From positions 413 through 64,412 of IMG/VR virus record IMGVR_UViG_3300045976_000031: DNA of 64,000 bases; one strand, 5' to 3'. Below the pieces are notes generated by a model. The model saw only the letters and a list, made by a program, of their open reading frames with translations, searched no databases and was not told the origin of the DNA. This DNA comes from a virus. Lineage: Duplodnaviria; Caudoviricetes. Below, one piece after another: positions 55,632 through 64,000 of the stretch (position 1 is its first letter; the number at the start of each line of letters is the position of its first letter). Made by a program: the position numbers and the translations under genes.

Positions 55632-57810
55632 CGTCGTCATCCTCTGCATACGGTCGTTCTTCGCGACAGGTCTTGCACATGCGCGTGTCGTGGCCCGCTT
55701 CGTCCAGGGTTTGCCAGTTCTCGCGCACCTTCTTCTCGGCCTTGCCGCACAGTGCCGTGCGTGTCGCCATGTCGACGACGTGCGCGGTCTTCTGGCCCGG
55801 CAGCACCAACGTGCGATAGCCGAAGTTTTCCAGCTTCGGGTTCTTGGTGCGCAGGCCGATGTCGTCCAGGCGCGCGTACGCCTCGCGCACATACCAGTCG
55901 TAGTCGATGTCGTCCGGGAAGGACTCAGGCAGGTTCATGCAGGGCACAGCGCCGGTCGTGCCGGCCACGCGCGCGCCGTTCTGCTTCGCGATGAACCCGC
56001 GTTCGCCTTCGCCGTGATACCAGCGCACCATCTTGCCCAGGTACTCGCCATCCTTCAGGCCGCCTTCCTTCTGCGTGCCGTCCGGCAGCGTGCATTTGCC
56101 CACCTGCTTGACGCCGATGAACTGCGTGAAGTCGCGGCACTTGCGGATCGTCTCTTCGATGTCCGCGCCGGTCAGCAGGTAGTCGACCACGGCCTGCGAA
56201 CAGATGTCGAAGGTCGGGTCGTGCTTCGCTTGCAGGCCGGCCTTCGCGAACAGTCCCTTGCGCTTCACTTCCGGCTGCAACACGCCGGTTTTGTCCGGGA
56301 TCATGAGCACCTGGCCTGGCTCCTTCGGGTCCTCGACGATGGCGAGGTAGCTGTTCACGTCGCGGCTGTACACGCCCAGGTAGCGCACGGCCTCGGTGGT
56401 GAAGCCGGTGTCCATTTCCCAATCCGCGACGATGCACGCGAACATGCCGTAGCGCTCGCGCGGGATCACGGTCACGATGCCGTCCGTGTTGGCCGAGATG
56501 ACGTTGAAGCCGTTCAGGTGCAGTTCCTCGATCAGCATCAGCAGGGACAGTTGCCCGGTCAGCGTGGTCGAGATCAGCAGGCGCGGCGAGTAGACGATGG
56601 AGTACGGCGAGCCGGTCTTGCCGAACGTGCCGTTGTTGACGATCTTGAAGGAGTCCGAGCGCTTCTTGTACTTCATCGACTCGGACGGGTTGGACTTCTT
56701 CAGGCGCGCGGCCTGCTCTTTGTACTGGTCGCGCAGTTCGACGAAGCGCGTGAAGATCGGCACGAACTGCTTGCCCACGGCCTGCGGCACGTATCCGCAA
56801 CCCAGGATCAGGCGCGGGTAATAGGCGCGCACGTCGCGGTCTTCGATGATCGTGTTCTCGTCGGCCACGAAGGACCGGCGCTTCTCTTTCGAGTGCAGGC
56901 CGCCGATGCCGATCTTGTAGTCGGTGCCGCCGATGCGCAGGCGCTCGTTCAGGTCTTTGATGGTCTGCGGCAGCTTCACGACGCCGTACGATTTCTTGTC
57001 GTCCGGGTTCTCGGCCGAGACGAAGAATCTGGTGGCCTCGATCTGCGCCAGCACGTCGCGCAGCAGCGGCGTCTTGAACTTGATGAAGTGCGGCGTCTCG
57101 TACTTGAACGAGAAGGTCTTGACGGTCGGCTTTTCCGGCTTGTAGCCGGTGATCTTCTCGACCTCGCGGCCGATCAGGGTTTCCGCGATCTGCGCGTCGG
57201 ACTTCGAGCGCACGTCGACGCCGTACTCGACGCTGATCTCGTTGCGGATGTCGATTTCTTCGCGCAGGCGCAGGGCCAGTTCGCCGGTCGTGTCCAGGTC
57301 GTTGCCCAGGTACTTGCGCATGAGCGGCCGGCGCGCGGCACCGATCAATTCGGACGGGTCGATGGGGAGTTCCTGCAACCAGGGCATGTTCATTCGCGCG
57401 CCGTACTTCTTCAGCGACAGCTTCACGCCGGGCGCGACTTCCATGAGGTCGATGTGGTCCAGGTAATCGGGAAGCTGGCAGTGGTAGCGGTCCAGGAACT
57501 TCCACAGCGGCAGGCGGTATTTGAAGATCGCGTCGTTCGCTTCCTTCAGCTTCTCGTTGCTCGCGCCGGCCATCGCGAGCGCGATCATCATGAGGTCGTA
57601 GCCGAGGCCGTTGAACGTGTACAGGCGGAAGCCGCGCATGATTTTCGCGATCTTGCGGCGGTCCAGGTCCAGGCCGTCATACTTTTCCAGGATGACCTTT
57701 TTGCCGGTTTCCAGGTTCTTGAATCCGATGCTCCAATAATCGCGGTAGCACTCGGTATCGCACGCGGCCTCGGGCCGTTTGTCGAGGAAGGTTTTGATGG
57801 ATATGGGCAT
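55615..57810 (-). CDS. DNA polymerase, family B-like, with 3'-5' exonuclease domain
   Basis: Exo DTECY / FNG..YD; motif A DVRAYYP, B KIVNNGTFGK, C NTDG; start MPISIK. Confidence 0.88.
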   Translation of the reverse strand: MPISIKTFLDKRPEAACDTECYRDYWSIGFKNLETGKKVILEKYDGLDLDRRKIAKIMRGFRLYTFNGLGYDLMMIALAMAGASNEKLKEANDAIFKYRLPLWKFLDRYHCQLPDYLDHIDLMEVAPGVKLSLKKYGARMNMPWLQELPIDPSELIGAARRPLMRKYLGNDLDTTGELALRLREEIDIRNEISVEYGVDVRSKSDAQIAETLIGREVEKITGYKPEKPTVKTFSFKYETPHFIKFKTPLLRDVLAQIEATRFFVSAENPDDKKSYGVVKLPQTIKDLNERLRIGGTDYKIGIGGLHSKEKRRSFVADENTIIEDRDVRAYYPRLILGCGYVPQAVGKQFVPIFTRFVELRDQYKEQAARLKKSNPSESMKYKKRSDSFKIVNNGTFGKTGSPYSIVYSPRLLISTTLTGQLSLLMLIEELHLNGFNVISANTDGIVTVIPRERYGMFACIVADWEMDTGFTTEAVRYLGVYSRDVNSYLAIVEDPKEPGQVLMIPDKTGVLQPEVKRKGLFAKAGLQAKHDPTFDICSQAVVDYLLTGADIEETIRKCRDFTQFIGVKQVGKCTLPDGTQKEGGLKDGEYLGKMVRWYHGEGERGFIAKQNGARVAGTTGAVPCMNLPESFPDDIDYDWYVREAYARLDDIGLRTKNPKLENFGYRTLVLPGQKTAHVVDMATRTALCGKAEKKVRENWQTLDEAGHDTRMCKTCREERPYAEDDDDGEDI

Positions 57811-57820
57811 GGTGATCTCT

Positions 57821-57859
57821 AAACGAAACAACGCCGCAGGTTGTGAGTCTGCGGCGTTG
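57821..57859 (-). terminator. rho-independent terminator after the SSB gene
   Basis: CAACGCCGCAG-N9-CTGCGGCGTTG-TTTCGTTT. Confidence 0.75.
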
Positions 57860-57874
57860 CGGGTACTTCGTGGA

Positions 57875-58498
57875 TTACAGGTCGTCGTCGTCTTCGTCTT
57901 CGGCTTCCTCGACATCCCATGCGCCGGAATCGTCGATGCGGCCCTGGCCGAATGCCTTGTCGTCCTTCACGAACATCGCGCCGACCAGGCCGGCGTTCAG
58001 TCGCTTACCGTGCTCGTTGTTCTGAACCCACGGACGAATCAGCATGTGGCCCCATGCGCCACCGTAGAACATGTCGAGGATTTGTTGCAGGTCCTCGACC
58101 GGATCGAGCTTCACGCCTTTCTTGTCGCGGAGCGTCGGGCGGTTGGTTTCGCGCGCACTGAGGAACCAGTGGCCCGCGTAGGTGTTGTCGACATCGCTGT
58201 CGTCATCATCGTCGCGGTTTGCGTCGCCGTCGCGCAGGAACTTCTTGTCGGCCGGGACGGTGATCTTGGCTTCCGCCAGGATCGCCTTCATGACCTTCGC
58301 GATTGCGGTCTTCGCTTCTTCGTGGGTTTCCTTCGGCATGAGGCCCACCAGGCCGTACTTCGCCACGCCCTTGTCGCTTTCCTTCTTCCACGGCTTGTCG
58401 ACGTGAGGGTAGGAGAAGCGCACGTTGTCCACGCGGATCACGCCTTCGTTGTAGATCACATAGTTCTTGCCGCGCTCTTTGACAGTCAGTTGTGCCAT
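57875..58498 (-). CDS. DUF2815 ssDNA-binding protein (T7 gp2.5-like), ends EDDDDL
   Basis: NVRFSYPH, LRDGD, FYGG, FVKDD.AFG; acidic tail. Confidence 0.88.
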   Translation of the reverse strand: MAQLTVKERGKNYVIYNEGVIRVDNVRFSYPHVDKPWKKESDKGVAKYGLVGLMPKETHEEAKTAIAKVMKAILAEAKITVPADKKFLRDGDANRDDDDDSDVDNTYAGHWFLSARETNRPTLRDKKGVKLDPVEDLQQILDMFYGGAWGHMLIRPWVQNNEHGKRLNAGLVGAMFVKDDKAFGQGRIDDSGAWDVEEAEDEDDDDL

Positions 58499-58540
58499 TT
58501 CAGTTTTCCTTCGATATAAACGATATAAATGAATTTACGA

Positions 58541-59839
58541 TCACTCGCTAAATTCGTTAAAAGCGTCGTCGTATTTCACGGCCAGGGCAGGCCGCGAATC
58601 CTTTATCGACGCCAGGGTTGCCTTGCCCGGTGGTTTGAAGATCAGGCCATCCAGCAGTTCCGGGATGTCCTTTTTCTTGTAGCCCTCGGCCATCAACAAC
58701 TCTTCGACCCTTGCAGGACTCGCTACCTCTTCAGTAACGATGTCGTCCCGGTCCAGGCCCAAAGCGACCAATCTTTCGACCGCCTTGTTCTTGTCGCGGA
58801 AGGTGCGGAATGAACGCCCTTCCACGGTCTTGTGCAGCTTCAGCTTCACACCGTCGCGTGCACGTTGTTCGAGTTCTTCGCCCACCTTTTTGAAGAACCG
58901 CTCGACGGTGCCGCGCCAGCCGTACAGCCGTTCGAGTTCCAGCGTCGTCAGCTTCGCCGGATCGACGGGCGACGGCACCAGGTCCTCGGCCAGCGCCTCG
59001 CGGAAGCCGGCAATCTCTTCTGCCGTTACCTCCGGGGCCAGGTCGTCGAACGCACCGCCAGTCAGGTCGATCAGGACCTTCGCCTTCGCGGCGCACGTCG
59101 ACTGCACGCGGCACCACTGGCAGGCTTCGGCGCTCGGCGTACGCGGTGCGTTCTGCACCCACGCTGCCGCAGCACGTTCCTTCACGTATTCGGCGAACTT
59201 CAGCAGATACGCCCGATCCACCACCCATTCCTCGAACACGTCGAGGCGCGGTTGCGCGATACGGATCACGAATTCCTGGAAGTCGTACAGCCAATCCCAT
59301 TCGTAAAAAAAGCCAAGCGCGTAAAGCAACGCCTGGCTGTTCTCTTTCGCGTAGACCCGGACGCCCTTGCCCATCTTCAGGTCGGTGATGACCATGCGCT
59401 GATACGTGCATGCGCAGTGGTCAGCGGTGCCGCCCTGGTTCGGGATCGGCGTCAAGCGGGAGAAGTCGACGCGCGTTTCGACGTAGTGATCGCCGGGCAG
59501 GTTCTTGCACCAGTCGACGTACCGCTTCACGTACTCGAACATCGCCTCGTCGATGTCGATCAGGTAGCCCCATTCGCCTGCTTGCACGAACTCGCGACGG
59601 CCCAGCAAATACTTCGGGCGCATACCTGTCTTCAGCCACTCTTCGCCTACCATGTGGCCCACCGTTCCGTAGGCCGCATCTCGGCCGGAATCATCCGGCG
59701 CGAACAGATTGGGAATCAGCGATCCCGCGCAACCGAGCCACATCTTCGATCCCGATGGTGAGAAAACGGAGTGTCCGCCGTCCATCACCCGCTGGATCGC
59801 AGCGCGCATTTCTGCGACGCTGAATGTGTGCTCGGTCAT
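58541..59839 (-). CDS. DUF2800 Cas4-like PD-(D/E)xK exonuclease
   Basis: HS.FSPS...W..C.GS, GTAD, DLK.GKG..V, Q..LYALG, CQWC. Confidence 0.88.
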   Translation of the reverse strand: MTEHTFSVAEMRAAIQRVMDGGHSVFSPSGSKMWLGCAGSLIPNLFAPDDSGRDAAYGTVGHMVGEEWLKTGMRPKYLLGRREFVQAGEWGYLIDIDEAMFEYVKRYVDWCKNLPGDHYVETRVDFSRLTPIPNQGGTADHCACTYQRMVITDLKMGKGVRVYAKENSQALLYALGFFYEWDWLYDFQEFVIRIAQPRLDVFEEWVVDRAYLLKFAEYVKERAAAAWVQNAPRTPSAEACQWCRVQSTCAAKAKVLIDLTGGAFDDLAPEVTAEEIAGFREALAEDLVPSPVDPAKLTTLELERLYGWRGTVERFFKKVGEELEQRARDGVKLKLHKTVEGRSFRTFRDKNKAVERLVALGLDRDDIVTEEVASPARVEELLMAEGYKKKDIPELLDGLIFKPPGKATLASIKDSRPALAVKYDDAFNEFSE

Positions 59840-59845
59840 GCCGGA

Positions 59846-60250
59846 TTACAGGCCGTCGTCGTCGCCGTTGTCGTCGTCGCCGGTCGTGGCTTCCAGCTTC
59901 GACTTCGCCAGGGTGAACGCGGTGCCGATCTTGTCGTCCGCGATCTCGGCCATCTTCGCAGCGCCGACCTTCGTGATGATGGCCTTCGCTTCAGCGGCAC
60001 CGAACTTCTCTTTCACTTCGGTCAGGGCGGCGACCATCTCTTCGCGGGACGGGCCGGTCTTCTCGGCGGTCTTGTTGGCTTTGCCCTTGCCGGTGCCGGT
60101 GGTCTTGCCTGCGGCGGTGCCGGTCGTTTCAGCGGCGGTGCCGGTCGATGCGGTCGACACGGAGCCGGCAGCGCCCAGGGCGGCGATCAGCGCTTTGATG
60201 TTGGTGTTCAGTTCGGTCAGTTGTGCGTCGAAAGACATGTAAAACTCCAT
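59846..60250 (-). CDS. hypothetical protein of the replication module, ends DDDGL
   Basis: N-terminal helix, Thr/Gly linker, small helical C-terminal domain; start could be 60238. Confidence 0.75.
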   Translation of the reverse strand: MEFYMSFDAQLTELNTNIKALIAALGAAGSVSTASTGTAAETTGTAAGKTTGTGKGKANKTAEKTGPSREEMVAALTEVKEKFGAAEAKAIITKVGAAKMAEIADDKIGTAFTLAKSKLEATTGDDDNGDDDGL

Positions 60251-60314
60251 TTTGAGAAGAGGCGGTTAAAAAGGGTGCGCCGTCATACCGCCGATCAGAC
60301 AGCGCATTTGCAAA

Positions 60315-60500
60315 TCACGAATTCAGGTCCTTCAGCACTTCGTCCATTGCAGCAACCAGGCGCATGAGGCGATCCCGCTTTTCCGGGTTCGTCACGAACT
60401 CCAATCTCTCGGCGATCACGCCGCGCACGAACTGCAAATGCTCCGCATCGCGCTTACGTCGCTGAATTCCGAAACTGGTGTTGTCGTATTCCGCTGCCAC
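60315..60500 (-). CDS. hypothetical protein
   Basis: GTG start behind AAGGTG; 61 aa. Confidence 0.5.
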   Translation of the reverse strand: MAAEYDNTSFGIQRRKRDAEHLQFVRGVIAERLEFVTNPEKRDRLMRLVAAMDEVLKDLNS

Positions 60501-60551
60501 CGTGTCACCTTGTTGTCGATCAGTGCATGACCAGCATCTTCTCACGCCGAT

Positions 60552-60581
60552 TTGCGACTCGTCAATAGGGTGTGCGATAAT
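60552..60581 (+). promoter_or_regulatory. putative promoter TTGCGA-N18-GATAAT with extended TGn -10; divergent TTGACG on the minus strand at 60560..60565
   Basis: AT-rich divergent intergenic region before the HTH/primase operon. Confidence 0.5.
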
Positions 60582-60619
60582 TTGTTCACTTTTTTGATGT
60601 TTGATAGGAGGTCGACGAG

Positions 60620-60931
60620 ATGATTACCTTTCCGGCGTGGGTCGAAAACCCGCGCGATCCCGAATTGAGCGCCGCCGACATGGACGCGCAACTGGCCCAG
60701 CGCCGATTGCGATACATGGTCGGCCTCGCGGCGCTTCACGCAACACCGAACACCAGCATCGCAGCGCTCGCAGATCATTGCGAGATCGAGCGCGCGCACG
60801 TACACGCGGCCATACGCGAAGGTCGTTTTTCGGCGCAGATCGCGGCGAAGATCGAGCGCGCGTGCGGCCGGCAGACCGTGCGCCGCGAGTGGCTGATCTA
60901 TCCCCTTGAAATTCACGAACTGGCGCATTGA
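60620..60931 (+). CDS. putative HTH (Cro-like) regulator
   Basis: SIAALADHCEIERAHVHAAIREG; AGGAGG RBS; coupled to the primase gene. Confidence 0.65.
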   Translation: MITFPAWVENPRDPELSAADMDAQLAQRRLRYMVGLAALHATPNTSIAALADHCEIERAHVHAAIREGRFSAQIAAKIERACGRQTVRREWLIYPLEIHELAH

Positions 60932-63498
60932 TGAACGACGAATACACACCGAAGAACAGCGGCCCACTCGCTTATCTCGGTGCCCGGCTGATCGACAACG
61001 GGTACAGCATCATTCCCATCGCGGTCGGCAAAAAAGCACCAGGATTCGACAATTGGAGTAGCGCGCGGTCGACCAAGGCGCAGCTTCAAGAGTGGATCGA
61101 GTCAGGACATCGCCATTCCGGCGTCGGCATCCTGACGAAACGGAATCCGACCGTCGACATCGACGTTCGGAACGAAGAAATCGCGCTCGAAGCGGAGGCA
61201 AAAGCGCGCGAGATTTTCGGTGATGGGCCAGTTCGCATCGGCATGCCGCCGAAGCGGTTGATGCTGTTCCGCACCGACACGCCATTCCGCAAAATGCGGT
61301 CGGCCAAGTACCAGGATGAATGGGGCGATCTGCACCAGATTGAAATCCTGTGCGACGGCCAGCAGTTCGTGGCGTACCACACCCACCCGGACACCGGAAA
61401 ACCGTACACCTGGCCGGCCGAAAAGCTGGATAAGGACGGATCGACCATCGCCGAGGGTGGGCCGCTGACAATTCCGCAGAACGACCTGATCGACATCACC
61501 GTCGAACAGTGCCAGGCGTTCATCGACTGGTTCGAGAAGCGCGCCGCGCAGGAATCCGATTGGAAGATCGTGAAGAAGCGCCGCGATCCGGGCACGTCGG
61601 AGGTCGACCTGGACAACCCGTTCATGGAAGACACCAACGCGGTCGACATCACCGAGGAAGAACTGCGCGGCCGGCTCATGATGGTGCCGAACCCGGACGA
61701 TTACGACACATGGGTCCAGGTCGGCATGGCGCTGCACCATCAATTCGACGGTGCCGACGAAGGCATGGACCTCTGGAACGAGTGGTCCGAGACTGCCGAC
61801 AACTACGACCGCGATGCGCTCGAACGTCGGTGGAAGGACTTCGCCATCGACGGGAAAAAACGTGCACCGATCACCGCGCGATACATCCTGCGGCTGTCGA
61901 AAGAAGCGGCGGCCGAGACTTCCGCAGCGCTGACGATGAAGCTGCGCGATGGATTCGCGAACGCGAAGGACGTGGCCGACTGGAACAAGGCCCGCGACGC
62001 AGCGCGCGAAGCGGAGATCGACGGCCTGGCGCGCGCGGCGCTGGCATCGCTCGCGAAGGATCGCCTCGACGTAATCACCGCCAGCAAAACGCCGCTGTCC
62101 GAGGTGAAGAAAGCCATCGCCTACCAGCCGGCGAAAGGTGAGAAGACGCCAGGGTGGGCCGAGACGTGGGTGTACGACACGAGCGACGACCGTTTCTTCG
62201 ACACGAAGCGGAAAATCTCGACCACGCAGCAGGGTTTCAACGCGATGTACGACCGGAAGGCGCTGACGAAAAAGGACGTGCTCGATGGACGCAGTTCGCC
62301 GACCAACACCGCATCGGCGCTCGCGCTGAACCAGTTCAAGATCACGGTCGTGAACGGTCGCCGATATGAGCCTGGCGCGGACCCGATCTTCCATCGCGCG
62401 GACGGCGTGTTCGCCAACACCTACCCCGAGCACGAGATTCCCGATCTGCCGGATGAACTGCTGCCGCGTGACAAAAAGGCGATCCGCCGCGTGAAGGATC
62501 ACGTTCGTCACCTGCTGGCGAAGCCGGAAGAACGCCGCATCCTGGTCGACTGGTTGTCGTGGGTGGTCCAGAATCCGGGCAAGCATGTGAATTGGGCGAT
62601 CCTGTTGCAAGGCGTCGAAGGTGACGGCAAGTCGTTCTTCGGATTCCTCATGCGCGCGGTGATGGGTGTGTCGAACGTCCAGATGCTCAATGCGCACATC
62701 CTGGAATCGCCGTTCACCGATTGGGTCGTCGGCCAGTGCCTCACCTGCATCGAAGAAGTGCGCCTCATCAAAGCGACCAACAAGTTTGAGTTGCTGAACC
62801 GGATCAAGCCGTTCATCACGAACCGGATCATCGAAGTGCACCCGAAGGGCAAGCCGACGTACGACGCGATGAACACCACGAGCTACCTGTTGTTCTCGAA
62901 CTACCGCGATGCGCTGCCGCTGGACGACGACGGCCGGCGATACTGCGTGCTGTTCTCGCAGTGGCAGCGGAAGGACAAGCTGGATGCGTTCAAGCGCGAT
63001 AACCCGGACTACTACGAGAAGTTGTACGCGACCATCGAAGAGTGCGCGCCGGCCCTGCGGAAGTGGTTGCTGGAACACGAGCAAGCCGAGGACTTCAAGC
63101 CGATGGGCGATGCCCCGGACACCGACGCGAAGAAGTACATGATCCGCCAGGCGCAGCCCGAGTTCATCCAGAACCTCTTCGACATCATCGCGGAAGGCGA
63201 CGAACCGCTGATCTCGTACGACCTGATCGACGGGAACCGCCTGTCCGAAGTGCTCATGGATCGCGGATTCGACGTTCCGGGCAACAAGGCGGTCGGCGCG
63301 ATGCTGGCGCGCTACCGCTTCGAGTGCCTGGGTCGTGTCAAAGTCGGCAGCGATTCGCACACCTACTACACCCGCGAGACTGAGAAATGGCAGTACCGGA
63401 CGACCGAAGGCGAGGTCCACGTCGACACCGACGCTGTGCGGACTTTCGTGAAAGCGGCGAAGGCGAAGATGGCGAAGGACGACGACGATGAACTCTGA
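60931..63498 (+). CDS. primase-helicase (prim-pol + PriCT-2 + P-loop helicase domain), ends DDDDEL
   Basis: DID, QQFVAY..HP, DYDTW..VGMAL...W.EWS, Walker A GVEGDGKS; TGATG coupling. Confidence 0.9.
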   Translation: MNDEYTPKNSGPLAYLGARLIDNGYSIIPIAVGKKAPGFDNWSSARSTKAQLQEWIESGHRHSGVGILTKRNPTVDIDVRNEEIALEAEAKAREIFGDGPVRIGMPPKRLMLFRTDTPFRKMRSAKYQDEWGDLHQIEILCDGQQFVAYHTHPDTGKPYTWPAEKLDKDGSTIAEGGPLTIPQNDLIDITVEQCQAFIDWFEKRAAQESDWKIVKKRRDPGTSEVDLDNPFMEDTNAVDITEEELRGRLMMVPNPDDYDTWVQVGMALHHQFDGADEGMDLWNEWSETADNYDRDALERRWKDFAIDGKKRAPITARYILRLSKEAAAETSAALTMKLRDGFANAKDVADWNKARDAAREAEIDGLARAALASLAKDRLDVITASKTPLSEVKKAIAYQPAKGEKTPGWAETWVYDTSDDRFFDTKRKISTTQQGFNAMYDRKALTKKDVLDGRSSPTNTASALALNQFKITVVNGRRYEPGADPIFHRADGVFANTYPEHEIPDLPDELLPRDKKAIRRVKDHVRHLLAKPEERRILVDWLSWVVQNPGKHVNWAILLQGVEGDGKSFFGFLMRAVMGVSNVQMLNAHILESPFTDWVVGQCLTCIEEVRLIKATNKFELLNRIKPFITNRIIEVHPKGKPTYDAMNTTSYLLFSNYRDALPLDDDGRRYCVLFSQWQRKDKLDAFKRDNPDYYEKLYATIEECAPALRKWLLEHEQAEDFKPMGDAPDTDAKKYMIRQAQPEFIQNLFDIIAEGDEPLISYDLIDGNRLSEVLMDRGFDVPGNKAVGAMLARYRFECLGRVKVGSDSHTYYTRETEKWQYRTTEGEVHVDTDAVRTFVKAAKAKMAKDDDDEL

Positions 63499-63591
63499 CC
63501 AGGCGCAATGCGAGCGCTTCGGATAAGCGCATCATGTGTTTGCCGGCTTCTTTCGCGAGGGTCGGCTCCATCTTCCCATCACGGGAATTCG

Positions 63592-63617
63592 CCCGGCCTC
63601 TGCGCCGGGTTTTTTTT
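63592..63617 (+). terminator. rho-independent terminator after the primase gene
   Basis: CCCGGC-CTCTGC-GCCGGG-T8. Confidence 0.85.
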
Positions 63618-64000
63618 CGCACGAATCCGACCAAGTGCGGTATCCTGGCGGTGTCCTATTCCAGCCACTTTCAGGTGGCTCGGCATCTACTAAGAAAAGC
63701 GCGCAATGCGCTTCGACTTGAAAATCTCGTTTATAGAGCACTTAGCGTACCAAAAGTGCAACTTTCGAGCGTTTTTCAGTCTTTTCGGTGTTCTTAGTGT
63801 TCTATTTCCCTAGTTTCAATTACGTGACGTGAGAAAAAATAAAAAAAAGAGGAAAGGAGGTAAATAGAAAATCGGCGTTTTAGCGCACTTAGCGTCCCTG
63901 CCCCCTGCTGCTGCTGGCTGGATAACACGGCAAAACCCTGTCATTAAGTTGGTGCTATAGCGAATTCCGAAAAAGCACGCAAACCGGGGCTCGTCGGACC

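Noticed and set aside
60500-60507. CCGTGTCA as another operator copy
   Set aside because: Half-site only; there is no matching arm at the N5 spacing.
12429-63498. DDEL/xDEL read as a eukaryotic KDEL-type ER-retention signal
   Set aside because: All genes have bacterial promoters and SD sequences and the tagged proteins lack signal peptides, so the resemblance is treated as convergent.
1-64000. Lysogeny module, tRNAs, DNA methyltransferase, reverse transcriptase/DGR
   Set aside because: No integrase, MTase or RT motifs, cloverleafs or adenine-variable repeat pairs were recognised by eye; the genome may extend beyond the window.

Overview
The window is nearly a whole genome of a GC-rich, apparently lytic siphophage with Chi/BcepNazgul-like (Casjensviridae-type) architecture, reversed relative to the lambda convention. 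From the right end: primase-helicase (+); a DUF2800 / DUF2815-SSB / DNA polymerase / VRR-NUC / SNF2 helicase module (-); lambda-like terminase, gpW, portal, S49 protease, gpD and gpE head genes; a tail with a -1 frameshifted chaperone, tape measure protein, phiJL001-type tip and paralogous fibre genes; and a holin-endolysin-spanin cassette. About 30 small early/middle genes (+, 5.9-18.1 kb, including RdgC) and a divergent left arm of unknown genes (-, 0-5.3 kb) complete it. No integrase, tRNA or CRISPR array was seen. The most unusual signal is that 12 mostly unrelated proteins (primase, helicase, TerS, RdgC and 8 others) end in [D/E]-E-L-stop with synonymous variation, and the SSB, polymerase and a neighbour end in close variants, which suggests a shared C-terminal tag system. 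A 21-bp palindrome (TGACAnGG-N5-CCnTGTCA) in about 10 copies sits in four sigma70 promoters and on several start codons. The tail-tip protein appears split, with two alternative MANEDY-starting partners. All family calls come from motif recognition and synteny, not database searches.
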